From contig DAOVZN010000003.1 in assembly GCA_030635055.1 (NCBI GenBank), positions 4,121 through 68,120 on the forward strand: a stretch of 64,000 nt of DNA, written 5' to 3'. A program made the translations under genes and the position numbers. This document shows, piece by piece, positions 9,444 to 18,095 of this stretch (position 1 is its first letter; the number at the start of each line of letters is the position of its first letter). The notes beneath the pieces were generated by a model that had not been told where the DNA came from, did not search any database, and saw nothing but the letters and a program-made list of their open reading frames with translations. This DNA is from a bacterium (GTDB taxonomy: Bacteria > Patescibacteriota > Minisyncoccia > Minisyncoccales > JAGLPU01).

Positions 9444-9467
9444 ATTTAAATAATGTAATATATAATT

Positions 9468-10685
9468 ATGGAATTTACTTTACCTAGAATCCAAAAGATT
9501 ACCAAATATGCGACTGTTTCGCATTTTCTTTTGATGTTTGGCTATAAGTTTTTCTCTCTGTTCTTTCCTTTGTTTTTAATAGCTAAAGGATTTTCTCTGC
9601 CGGAAGTGGGTTATGCTTATCTTTTATTGTATGTGCCGATCGCTCTTTTTTCGCCGGTAGTCGGCTTTTTAAATCACAAAATAAATCCGGCTATTCTGGC
9701 CGCAGCCGGCATTCTCGGTTATGGAGCCTATTCTCTGGGAATGATCTTTATCCAAGAACAATATTTATTCTATTTTCTGCAAATCTTACTGGGAATCTCA
9801 GCCGCATTTTTTATGGTTTCTTTTCGGGCAATTTTAATAGGGCTACCTTTGGAAAACTATAATCGGTCTTTTGGCTGGTTTTACTCAGCTCCATCTTATG
9901 CCGCTGTTTTGGCTCCACTGATAGGCGCTGTAATCATTTGGCAGTTTGGTTTTGTTGGCGTTTTCACGGTAAGCCTATTTTTTCATCTTTTCAATGCTGT
10001 TTTTTGCTTCACTTACTTAAGAAAACCATCGGCAAGCCTAGTTGATAACGGCTTTAGTTTCCTGCAGTTTATGGGAAATTACCAGAAATCAATATTCAAA
10101 ATTTTTAAGAAAGCTATTCTTCCTTTTGTGCTTATTTCTTTCTCCACTTTATTTCTAGCAGGTTTTTACCGAGCATTTTTTCTTTTATTCCTAAAAGATA
10201 TTGGCTGGGAACAAAACCAGGTTATTTTGTTCTGCTCTTTGCTTCCTTTAGTATTTCTGCCGGTGTCTTTGTTGATAATTAAAAGGCTTAAAAAGCGAGA
10301 GGGAAACAGCAATATTATAAAAGGAGGCTTAATTGTTGCCGTATTTTCAATTCTATTCGGACTATTTGGAATGGTTTTAAACGCTCTTGTCTTTTTTAAA
10401 ATATCAATTATAACAGCGGCTGTTATTTTGGCTTTAATGATTGGAAAATCTATTGGCGACTTTATAGCTAATTCCGGACGCAGCAGCCTGCTTTCCAGAA
10501 AACTGAAAGAATACCCTGAAGAAGCCGGAGCCATAGACACAATATTCGCTCCTCTCGGAGCCGGAATAGGCTCTCTTGTCGCCGGCCTAGCTATTGGTTT
10601 TCTGGATTTTAGCCTATTATTTATCCTTGGCGGAGCTATTGTTTTGGCAACAGTTATGCTAGGAAAACGGCTGATTAAGATTTGA
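9468..10685 (+). CDS. MFS-type transporter
   Basis: 405 aa, about 12 hydrophobic segments in a 6+6 arrangement with a central basic loop (LRKPSASLVDNG). Typical major-facilitator topology. Confidence 0.7.
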   Translation: MEFTLPRIQKITKYATVSHFLLMFGYKFFSLFFPLFLIAKGFSLPEVGYAYLLLYVPIALFSPVVGFLNHKINPAILAAAGILGYGAYSLGMIFIQEQYLFYFLQILLGISAAFFMVSFRAILIGLPLENYNRSFGWFYSAPSYAAVLAPLIGAVIIWQFGFVGVFTVSLFFHLFNAVFCFTYLRKPSASLVDNGFSFLQFMGNYQKSIFKIFKKAILPFVLISFSTLFLAGFYRAFFLLFLKDIGWEQNQVILFCSLLPLVFLPVSLLIIKRLKKREGNSNIIKGGLIVAVFSILFGLFGMVLNALVFFKISIITAAVILALMIGKSIGDFIANSGRSSLLSRKLKEYPEEAGAIDTIFAPLGAGIGSLVAGLAIGFLDFSLLFILGGAIVLATVMLGKRLIKI

Positions 10686-10710
10686 CAAATAAAGAAATCT
10701 GTTCTAAAAA
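10682..10710 (+). promoter_or_regulatory. promoter, family 2, copy 1
   Basis: TTGACAAATAAAGAAATCTGTTCTAAAAAGACGGCAA. The core shared with 11221 is AAATCTGTTCTAAAAAGAC(G/A)GCAA. The TTGACA overlaps the MFS stop codon. Confidence 0.6.
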
Positions 10711-10769
10711 GACGGCAAGGCTGAAAACTCAGCTTTTAAACAGGTTCGTTAAAAAAGGGGTGTTGCAAT

Positions 10770-11183
10770 ATGGAAAAAAAAGAAAGAGATGTGGCTGAAT
10801 TAAAGGAATATGCCGAAAAAATAAATAATGTACTGGAAACAGTTTTCAAAACGCTAGAAAGAGATTACATTGGAGAATGGCATATGGAATATAGAGAAAA
10901 GTCTTATCATGCCGGGGAATTATCAGAACATGCTACTATTGGACGGGATACTCCGAAAGAAGTATTAACACCTGTCTCTTCGATATTTCCAGGCAAGGAA
11001 CTAACTTTGATTTTAACAAGAAATACGCGAGACCAAATTGGAAAAGCAGTATGGAAAATTTCTTCCGGATGGCCTTCTGACGATCTGAAAAAAATCATAA
11101 AAGATGCGTTAAAAAGTCAAGGATTGGAACTAGAAGACAATAAAATACTAAGTGTAGAACCAGAAAAGCTTTTGCCCCGATAA
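10770..11183 (+). CDS. hypothetical protein
   Basis: 137-aa ORF behind AAAGGGGTG. Has its own promoter and terminator. No recognised motif. Confidence 0.55.
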   Translation: MEKKERDVAELKEYAEKINNVLETVFKTLERDYIGEWHMEYREKSYHAGELSEHATIGRDTPKEVLTPVSSIFPGKELTLILTRNTRDQIGKAVWKISSGWPSDDLKKIIKDALKSQGLELEDNKILSVEPEKLLPR

Positions 11184-11191
11184 ACTTATTT

Positions 11192-11222
11192 GCCTAACCG
11201 AAACGGTTAGGCGTTATTTTTT
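11192..11222 (+). terminator. intrinsic terminator fused to the next promoter
   Basis: GCCTAACCG-AAA-CGGTTAGGC then GTTATTTTTT, running into TTGACA at 11221. Confidence 0.75.
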
Positions 11223-11249
11223 GACAAAAACACAAATCTGTTCTAAAAA
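11221..11249 (+). promoter_or_regulatory. promoter, family 2, copy 2
   Basis: TTGACAAAAACACAAATCTGTTCTAAAAAGACAGCAA. Same length and layout as 10682. Confidence 0.6.
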
Positions 11250-11292
11250 GACAGCAATCAGTTTTTTTAAAATATATATAAGGGGTGAGTTG

Positions 11293-11799
11293 ATGGAAAG
11301 AACAATGCAGAAAAAAATAGAAATAATCTTTGAAGAAATGAAAAAGAATTTGGACAATACAAGCAAAGCTGGCATCTATCTGGTATTTTATACAAGTCTG
11401 ACAAATAGAATCATGTTTAGAAAAAACTCTTTCGGGCAATGGAGACTTCCTGACACAAAAGCGGTAATTAACAACTTTGAAGATATAGAGCCTGAAACAA
11501 TCATTGATTCTCTGGAAAAAGGATTAGTAAAAGATGTGGGATGGAAGCTGGAAGAGTTGCCTGAGTCAACAAATATCGTAATTGATTCTTCGGAGCCCGT
11601 GGCTGTTATAATTTTAACAGACCTTAAAAACCATATAAATACGGAAGAAAGATTTGCCAACTTCGTTAAAAATAAAAAATTAAAGTTTTTTTCGCGGCAA
11701 AAGATCATTAAAGTGGAAAAAGAGCCGGATGAATTTATCAAAAAAGCTTTTAGAGCAATTATCGCCAGGTCGCCAAAGTCCTGGCTTTTTTTTGCGTAA
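11293..11799 (+). CDS. hypothetical protein, possibly a second degenerate NUDIX-fold protein
   Basis: Start set at ATG 11293 behind AAGGGGTGAG. The ORF-track start at 11221 is the TTG of the -35 hexamer. GIYLVFY...FGQWRLPD...SLEKGLVKDVGW loosely follows a Nudix box. The last 12 codons are encoded by a terminator hairpin (GCCAGG..CCTGGC plus T8). Confidence 0.5.
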   Translation: MERTMQKKIEIIFEEMKKNLDNTSKAGIYLVFYTSLTNRIMFRKNSFGQWRLPDTKAVINNFEDIEPETIIDSLEKGLVKDVGWKLEELPESTNIVIDSSEPVAVIILTDLKNHINTEERFANFVKNKKLKFFSRQKIIKVEKEPDEFIKKAFRAIIARSPKSWLFFA

Positions 11800-11855
11800 A
11801 ATTTATCTTCCTAGAGTTTGACAAGCCTTCTGATTTTTAATAGAATAAACAAACA

Positions 11856-13130
11856 ATGACAGAGAAATTTATTATCCAAGGCGGGGAAAAACTTGAAGGA
11901 ACAATTGACGTTAGAGGATCAAAAAATGTCACCTTTCCGGTTTTAGCCGCCACTCTTTTAAGCAAGGAAGAATGTATAATCAGCAACATACCTTTGATTG
12001 AGGATGTTTTTCGCATGATTGAAATACTGGAAAGCATGCAAGTCAAAATTATATGGAAAGGGAAGCGAACTTTAAAGATTAACGCCAAAGACCTGGATCC
12101 AAGCAAGATCAAAAAAGAAATAGTGCGCAAATTCAGAGGCTCAATTCTGCTTATCGGCCCTTTATTGGCTCGCTTTGGAGAAGTTGAATTTCCACACCCC
12201 GGAGGATGTATCATCGGAGCCAGACCGATTGAAACTCATTTAGACGCTTTTTCCCAACTGGGAGTGGAAATCACTCCGAAAGCCAAAACTTTCAAGTTTA
12301 AATTCAAGAGAGAGAACCTTACGGAAGATAAAGAAGTGGTTTTAAATGAATTCAGCGTGACAGCAACGGAAAACATTATGCTCTTTGCCAGCAATCTCAC
12401 TAAGAAGGTTACCATTAAAATTGCTGACAGTGACTACCAAATTCAGGAATTGGCAAAAGTGTTGAAAAAAATGGGAGCGAAAATCAAAGGAGCGGGCACG
12501 CATACGATAACTATCCAGGGAGCGAAAAAGCTGAAAGGCGTAAAGTATAAGATAATTGGCGACCCTATTGAGGCCGGGACCTTTATCTTAATGGCAGCCG
12601 CTGTTAAAGCGCCGATCACTGTTAGGAACGCAGAACTGGGGTATCTTGAATTCTTTTTAAAAAGATTAAAAGTATTTGGCGTTCCTTATGAAATTATAGA
12701 TAAAAAAACCATTAAAATTAAGCCTTGGGAAACTTTGAAAATAGATAAAATCCAGAGTCTGCCTTATCCGGGAATGCCTTCTGACCTGCAGTCGGCTTTT
12801 GGAGTTTTATCCACCCAGGCAAAAGGCTCAACTTTGATCCATGATCCTTTGTACGAAGGCCGATTGAAATATTTGGAAGGATTGATCAAAATGGGAGCCG
12901 ACATAATTTTTGCCGACCCTCATCGGGCGATCGTTAACGGCCCAAGCCAGCTTTACGGCTCTGATCTAGGAGTTTTTGACCTAAGAGGAGGCGCAGCCCT
13001 AATTGTCGCCGCTTTGATCGCTGAAGGAGAATCAACTATTAACAATGTTTATCAGGTTGATCGGGGATACGAAAGAATAGAAAAAAGGCTGCAAAAACTG
13101 GGAGCAAAGATTAAAAGAGTTAAGAGTTAA
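11856..13130 (+). CDS. murA: UDP-N-acetylglucosamine 1-carboxyvinyltransferase
   Basis: FIIQGGEKLEGTIDVRGSKNVTFPVLAATLL...PGGCIIGARPIETHL...VDRGYERIEKRLQKLGA. Full-length MurA. Confidence 0.93.
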   Translation: MTEKFIIQGGEKLEGTIDVRGSKNVTFPVLAATLLSKEECIISNIPLIEDVFRMIEILESMQVKIIWKGKRTLKINAKDLDPSKIKKEIVRKFRGSILLIGPLLARFGEVEFPHPGGCIIGARPIETHLDAFSQLGVEITPKAKTFKFKFKRENLTEDKEVVLNEFSVTATENIMLFASNLTKKVTIKIADSDYQIQELAKVLKKMGAKIKGAGTHTITIQGAKKLKGVKYKIIGDPIEAGTFILMAAAVKAPITVRNAELGYLEFFLKRLKVFGVPYEIIDKKTIKIKPWETLKIDKIQSLPYPGMPSDLQSAFGVLSTQAKGSTLIHDPLYEGRLKYLEGLIKMGADIIFADPHRAIVNGPSQLYGSDLGVFDLRGGAALIVAALIAEGESTINNVYQVDRGYERIEKRLQKLGAKIKRVKS

Positions 13131-13138
13131 AATAAAAT

Positions 13139-14146
13139 ATGTTTTCAAGAAAAATTGGCATTGATTTGGGAACGGCTAATTCTTTGGTTTTTGTCCCTAA
13201 AAAAGGAATAGTTTTGCAGGAACCATCAGTAGTTTCTGTTTCTTTTGAAGAAAATAGAATTTTGGCGATTGGCACGGACGCAAAAGAAATGATGGGACGC
13301 ACTCCTGACACTATCAGGGTTTACCGACCCTTAAAGGACGGAGTTATCGCTGATTTCAGGGTGACTCAGGCCATGCTTAGGCATTTTATCATAAAAACTG
13401 CCGGGTTTTTCAAATTCATTAAGCCTGAATTAATGGTGGCTGTTCCAGCCGGAATTACTTCCACTGAAAGAAGGGCGGTGATTGAAGCCGGAATTGGCGC
13501 GGGAGCCAAGGCGGTTTATTTGGCTAAAGAGCCAATTTTAGCCGCTATTGGAGCCGGCGTTCCCATAAACGCTTGTTCCGGCAATTTAATCATTGATATT
13601 GGCGGAGGAACTGCTGAAATAGCGGTAATCTCTTTGGGCGGCATCGTTGCTTCCGAGTCAGCCAGGGTTGCCGGGGATAAAATGAATATGGCTATAGAAA
13701 ACTATATCAAGGAAAAATACAATTTGGCCATAGGCACCCAAACAGCGGAAATGATCAAGATAAAGATCGGCACGGCAATACCCTTGAAAGAAGAAAAAAG
13801 CATTGAAATAAGGGGCAGAGATCTAATTTCCGGACTGCCAAAGAACATTAAGATAACTTCCAACGAAACTTGCGAAGCAATCTCTGAGGTTTTAGACGAA
13901 ATTATCCAGACAATCAAGCTGGTATTAAGAAAGACTCCGCCGGAACTCTCGGCAGACATCATGGATAAAGGAATGGTAATCTCAGGAGGCGGAGCCTTAT
14001 TAAGAGGTATTGCCGAGCTTGTTGCCAAGAATACAGGCGTGCCTTGTTTCTTATCTAAGGACCCGTTGCTTTGCGTTGCCAAAGGGACAGGGGCGGTGTT
14101 AGATAATTTAGATATTTATAAGAAAAGCGTAATGAGCAAAAAATGA
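13139..14146 (+). CDS. mreB: rod shape-determining protein MreB, paralog 1
   Basis: IGIDLGTANSLVFVPKKGIVLQEPSVV...DIGGGTAEIAVISLGGIV...ISGGGALLRGI. Actin-fold motifs. Confidence 0.9.
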   Translation: MFSRKIGIDLGTANSLVFVPKKGIVLQEPSVVSVSFEENRILAIGTDAKEMMGRTPDTIRVYRPLKDGVIADFRVTQAMLRHFIIKTAGFFKFIKPELMVAVPAGITSTERRAVIEAGIGAGAKAVYLAKEPILAAIGAGVPINACSGNLIIDIGGGTAEIAVISLGGIVASESARVAGDKMNMAIENYIKEKYNLAIGTQTAEMIKIKIGTAIPLKEEKSIEIRGRDLISGLPKNIKITSNETCEAISEVLDEIIQTIKLVLRKTPPELSADIMDKGMVISGGGALLRGIAELVAKNTGVPCFLSKDPLLCVAKGTGAVLDNLDIYKKSVMSKK

Positions 14147-15102
14147 TCTTAGGCCATAAAAAACAGCAGCAGTTTTTAAAAAAATCAGCCGAATTAGATA
14201 GAATTTCCCATGCTTACTTATTCCACGGCCCCAGCCATTTAGGAAAAAAAACCATAGCTGTTGAGTTTATTAAGCTGATCAACTGCCAGAACCCTAATAA
14301 GCCCTGTGGGAAATGCCGTTCCTGCGAAGACATTCAAAAAAACGCTTATCCTGATTTGACTGTTATAGAGCCCGAAGCAAGGACTGCCTCCAAAGGAGGC
14401 TCGCTCCCCGGAAGGGAGATCAAGATTGGTCAAATTAAAAAACTGCAAAAGGAACTTTCTCTTTGTTCTTATCAAGCTAAAATCAAAGCGGCAATTATTA
14501 ATAAAGCCGAATGCATGAATCAAGAAGCTCAAAATTGCTTTTTGAAAACTTTAGAAGAACCAAAAGGGAAGACTCTTTTAATCTTAATAGCCGAACATCC
14601 CGAAACGCTCTTGCCAACCATTCTTTCGCGAATGGAGAAAATCAAATTTTCCACTCTGTCTTATCAAGAAATTGAAAAACATCTTCTAGCCCTGGGAGCT
14701 GAAGAAAAGTTGGCTCAAGAGATCGCTTTAATCTCTGAAGGAAGGCCGGGAATCGCTATTGAACTTTTTTCCAATCCTCAACGGTTAGCCGAACAAAAAC
14801 AAAGGATAAAAGAAATAATGCGCTTAGTTTCCGCTGATATCTCTTTCCGCTTCCAGTACGCAAAAACTTTAGCCCAAAGCCCCGAAGATCTGCCAAAAGT
14901 TTTGGATATTTGGACCAGATGCTTTAGGAACGCGCTTTTGGCAAAACTGGAAGTAAAAGAATTTTCAACAACCAATTTTAAAAATTATTCCGTGATCAAA
15001 TTAAAAAATATTCTTAAAACTCTTCAGATCATAAGGGATTTAATCGCAAAAACCAATGCCAATCCCAAATTGGCGTTGGAAATGCTGATGATCGAGTTGT
15101 AA
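14143..15102 (+). CDS. holB: DNA polymerase III subunit delta-prime
   Basis: HAYLFHGPSHLGKKT P-loop variant. Zn module CGKCRSCEDI. LKTLEEP and ILSR sensor motifs. 4-nt overlap with mreB. Confidence 0.85.
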   Translation: MILGHKKQQQFLKKSAELDRISHAYLFHGPSHLGKKTIAVEFIKLINCQNPNKPCGKCRSCEDIQKNAYPDLTVIEPEARTASKGGSLPGREIKIGQIKKLQKELSLCSYQAKIKAAIINKAECMNQEAQNCFLKTLEEPKGKTLLILIAEHPETLLPTILSRMEKIKFSTLSYQEIEKHLLALGAEEKLAQEIALISEGRPGIAIELFSNPQRLAEQKQRIKEIMRLVSADISFRFQYAKTLAQSPEDLPKVLDIWTRCFRNALLAKLEVKEFSTTNFKNYSVIKLKNILKTLQIIRDLIAKTNANPKLALEMLMIEL

Positions 15103-15117
15103 TTATATCCAATAATC

Positions 15118-15153
15118 TGCTATATTAAACTATAATATATAAATATTAGTATA
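15118..15153 (+). repeat. direct repeat flanking the pilin gene, left copy
   Basis: TGCTATATTAAACTATAATATATAAATATTAGTA versus 16413 TGCTATATTAAAATATAATATATAAATATAAAGTA. Three mismatches over about 34 nt. Contains TATAAT. Confidence 0.8.
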
Positions 15154-15170
15154 ATATTAATTAAACGATT

Positions 15171-16346
15171 GTGAGAATTTTACAACAGCCAGAAACAATC
15201 TTTCCTAAAAAAAATAGGAAAGTTCTTTCTAAATCTTTTACTTTAATTGAACTTTTAGTAGTTATAGCCCTGATCGGTTTATTGGCTTCTATTGTTTTGG
15301 TTTCCCTTCAGGATGCCACTGCCCATGCCAGAGATAGTAAGAGGGATGCTGAAGCAGGAGAAACAAACAGTACTTTAAGGAAAACCTTGGAAGTGTATCA
15401 CAGTGTTCATGGAACCTATCCCCATAATGAAGATACGGAAGGAGATGTTGGCTGCTGTATAGAAGACAACGATGCTATTAAGCTTGATCTAGCTCCATAT
15501 ATCACTGATATACCAGAGGATCCTAGATATAATCCTAATGACCCTAAAGAAGATCACGATCTAAGCAAGTATTGCTACCGTTACAAGACGGTGAACGGGG
15601 GAGAGGATTATAAGATAAGGGTTAACTATGAAAGAACAGGCACTAAAACAATTGCTTCTTGGGGAGGGGGAGACATAGACTATGATGCGACAGGAGGACC
15701 ATCGGGTCATGCTTTACAATTTGATGGAAATGATCATATTGATTGTGGAGGCCATTTGAGTTTGAACCTCACTAACGAGATGACGGTTGAAGCATGGATC
15801 TATGTTGCAACAATAGATGGTTTTGGTTATTCAATTATGGAAAAAGCTGTCTTTGAGAAAGACAGTAGATTGCAATATAGTTTATATCTCTTATCTGCCT
15901 CCGACGCTAGGTTTACAGTTCACAAAGGTGGTTCTGATTTTTTTGCTTCTTCAGATAGCTATCCCTTAGATACATGGACACATATTGTGGGTAGATATGA
16001 TGGGAGTGAAGTATCTATCTGGCTAAACGGCGTTAAACAACCGATAACCAGTACTGTTGCTCCTCCGCTTGATAGCGGAAATGATGCGCTTCTATTTGGC
16101 AAATCAATTTTATTCAACCTTCCATTCAAGGGAATAGCTGACGAAATCCGAATATATAATAGAGCTTTAAGCCCTGAAGAAATAACAGAACACCATAATG
16201 GCACTTTCTCTAATGAAACAGGATTAGTGGGACTTTGGCATTTTAATGAAGGGGTAGGCGACACAACAGCTGATGATTCTGGCAATGGAAGCAATGGAAA
16301 TTTTTTTCCCGCTTGCCCTGATTGTCCGGGCTGGATTACTCTTTAA
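15171..16346 (+). CDS. type IV pilin-like protein with LamG/concanavalin-type lectin domain
   Basis: Prepilin signal KSFTLIELLVVIALIGLLASIVLV. LamG-like core ALQFDGNDHIDCGG...TVEAWIY...WTHIVGRYDGSEVSIWLNGV...FKGIADEIRIYNRALSPEEI. Ends with the opening of a second LamG unit (GLVGLWHFNEGVGDTTADDSGNGSNGNF) and then stops. Only a GTG start is available and there is no SD. Confidence 0.8.
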   Translation: MRILQQPETIFPKKNRKVLSKSFTLIELLVVIALIGLLASIVLVSLQDATAHARDSKRDAEAGETNSTLRKTLEVYHSVHGTYPHNEDTEGDVGCCIEDNDAIKLDLAPYITDIPEDPRYNPNDPKEDHDLSKYCYRYKTVNGGEDYKIRVNYERTGTKTIASWGGGDIDYDATGGPSGHALQFDGNDHIDCGGHLSLNLTNEMTVEAWIYVATIDGFGYSIMEKAVFEKDSRLQYSLYLLSASDARFTVHKGGSDFFASSDSYPLDTWTHIVGRYDGSEVSIWLNGVKQPITSTVAPPLDSGNDALLFGKSILFNLPFKGIADEIRIYNRALSPEEITEHHNGTFSNETGLVGLWHFNEGVGDTTADDSGNGSNGNFFPACPDCPGWITL

Positions 16347-16412
16347 TTTATTTGGCGTTATGTGGACGCAGAGCATTAGCTCCGATTTTTATTTGTTTTC
16401 TTTAATCTTCTT

Positions 16413-16448
16413 TGCTATATTAAAATATAATATATAAATATAAAGTAA
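16413..16448 (+). repeat. direct repeat flanking the pilin gene, right copy (frr promoter region)
   Basis: See 15118-15153. Confidence 0.8.
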
Positions 16449-16452
16449 AATT

Positions 16453-17010
16453 ATGTCTTATCAAGAAATCATAGATAAAATTAAACCGGAGTGTGATAAA
16501 GTAGTCAGCTTTTTGGAACAGGAAATGAGCAAGATCCGAACCGGCCGGCCTTCTCCTTCTTTAGTGGAAAATATAGTGGTTGAATGCTTTGATCAAAACA
16601 TGCCCTTAAAACAATTAGGAACGATAACTTGTTCCGGAGCAAGAGAACTGGCTATCCAGCCATGGGACAAATCATATGTTGAGGCAATCCAAAAAGCTAT
16701 TTCCCGTTCAAATACCGGAGCTTCTTCTGTTTTAGACCAAGATATTGTCAGAGTGAAATTTCCTCCTTTAACCGAAGATTACCGCAAGAGCTTAATCCGT
16801 GTTTTAGCTGAGAAAAAAGAAGACGCCCGCAACACTATCAGACACCACAGAGAAGAAGCATGGAAGCAAACGCAAACCGGATTTCAGGCCGGAGAGATCA
16901 GGGAAGATGATAAGTTCAAAGCAAAAGACAAGCTGCAAGAATTGGTTGACGAGTATAATAAGAAAGTTGAAGAGATGTTGAAGAAAAAAGAAGAAGAAAT
17001 TCTAGAATAA
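16453..17010 (+). CDS. frr: ribosome recycling factor
   Basis: 185 aa. KIRTGRPSPSLVENIVVECF...LTEDYRKSLIRVLAEKKEDARNTIRHHREEA. Confidence 0.93.
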   Translation: MSYQEIIDKIKPECDKVVSFLEQEMSKIRTGRPSPSLVENIVVECFDQNMPLKQLGTITCSGARELAIQPWDKSYVEAIQKAISRSNTGASSVLDQDIVRVKFPPLTEDYRKSLIRVLAEKKEDARNTIRHHREEAWKQTQTGFQAGEIREDDKFKAKDKLQELVDEYNKKVEEMLKKKEEEILE

Positions 17011-17011
17011 T

Positions 17012-18094
17012 ATGATTTCCATTATTTTTCTAGTTTTTATTTCCATAGTCGGTTTGCTGGCGCTGCACGAATTCGGACATTTCATTACAGCAAAAAAATT
17101 CGGCATAAAAGTTGAAGAGTTCGGCATTGGCTATCCGCCAAGACTCTTTGGCAAAAAATTTGGCGAAACTCTTTATTCGGTAAACTTGCTGCCTTTTGGC
17201 GCTTTTGTCAGTATTCCAAGTATGGAAGGAGGAAAAGGCGATGACCCTAACAGTTTTTGCCAAAAACCCATCTGGCAAAGAGGTTTGGTTCTTTTTGCCG
17301 GCGTAGCCATGTTTTGGTTCATTGCCTGGATTATTTTTTCCGCTATAATGATATTAGGAGTGCCCACGGCCATAGACGATGACGCTCAAGGCAATTTTAG
17401 CAACCCGGAAGTAAAGATCATTGCCGTGGCTCAAGGATCTCCGGCTCAAGAAGCCGGAATCAGTTTGGGCGACACTATTAAAGAGATTTCTGCCGGGGAA
17501 GCGCAATTTTCAATCAATAGAGTTGACGAAGTTCAAGAATTAATTGAAACACATAAGGGAGAAGAAATTACTTTGACTATCCAAAGAGGAGAAGAAATAA
17601 AAGACATCTCTTTGGTTCCCAGAATCCAGCCGCCTGAAGGAGAAGGGGCGATCGGAATATCCCTATCAAGGGTGGCAATGGTAAAGCACTCTTGGTGGAC
17701 AGCTCCTTTCAAGGGAATGGAAGCCACCTATAACACTACTCTGGCGATCATTGACGGTTTTGCCACGGCAATATCAAGAGCTATTGGAGGCCTTCCCAGC
17801 GGAGTCCAGTTTATGGGGCCCATTGGCATTGTTTCCTTAATGGGACAAGTGGCTCAAATAGGCATTATTTACTATTTACAGTTTATCGCCATAATTTCCA
17901 TTCATTTGGCTATTTTCAATTTACTGCCTATCCCGGCGATAGACGGAGGAAGAATTTTCTTCTTGGGCATTGAGAAAATGAAAGGCAGCCCTATCAATCA
18001 AAAGATCGAACAAAAGATCAATAACGGATTCTTTATTCTGCTTATTATCATCATGATTTTAGTAACTTTTAAAGATATTCAAGCATTACTCTGA
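17012..18094 (+). CDS. rseP: RIP metalloprotease RseP (site-2 protease, M50)
   Basis: HEFGHFITAKKFG zinc motif, PDZ segment GSPAQEAGISLGDTI, C-terminal NLLPIPAIDGG. Confidence 0.9.
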   Translation: MISIIFLVFISIVGLLALHEFGHFITAKKFGIKVEEFGIGYPPRLFGKKFGETLYSVNLLPFGAFVSIPSMEGGKGDDPNSFCQKPIWQRGLVLFAGVAMFWFIAWIIFSAIMILGVPTAIDDDAQGNFSNPEVKIIAVAQGSPAQEAGISLGDTIKEISAGEAQFSINRVDEVQELIETHKGEEITLTIQRGEEIKDISLVPRIQPPEGEGAIGISLSRVAMVKHSWWTAPFKGMEATYNTTLAIIDGFATAISRAIGGLPSGVQFMGPIGIVSLMGQVAQIGIIYYLQFIAIISIHLAIFNLLPIPAIDGGRIFFLGIEKMKGSPINQKIEQKINNGFFILLIIIMILVTFKDIQALL

Positions 18095-18095
18095 T

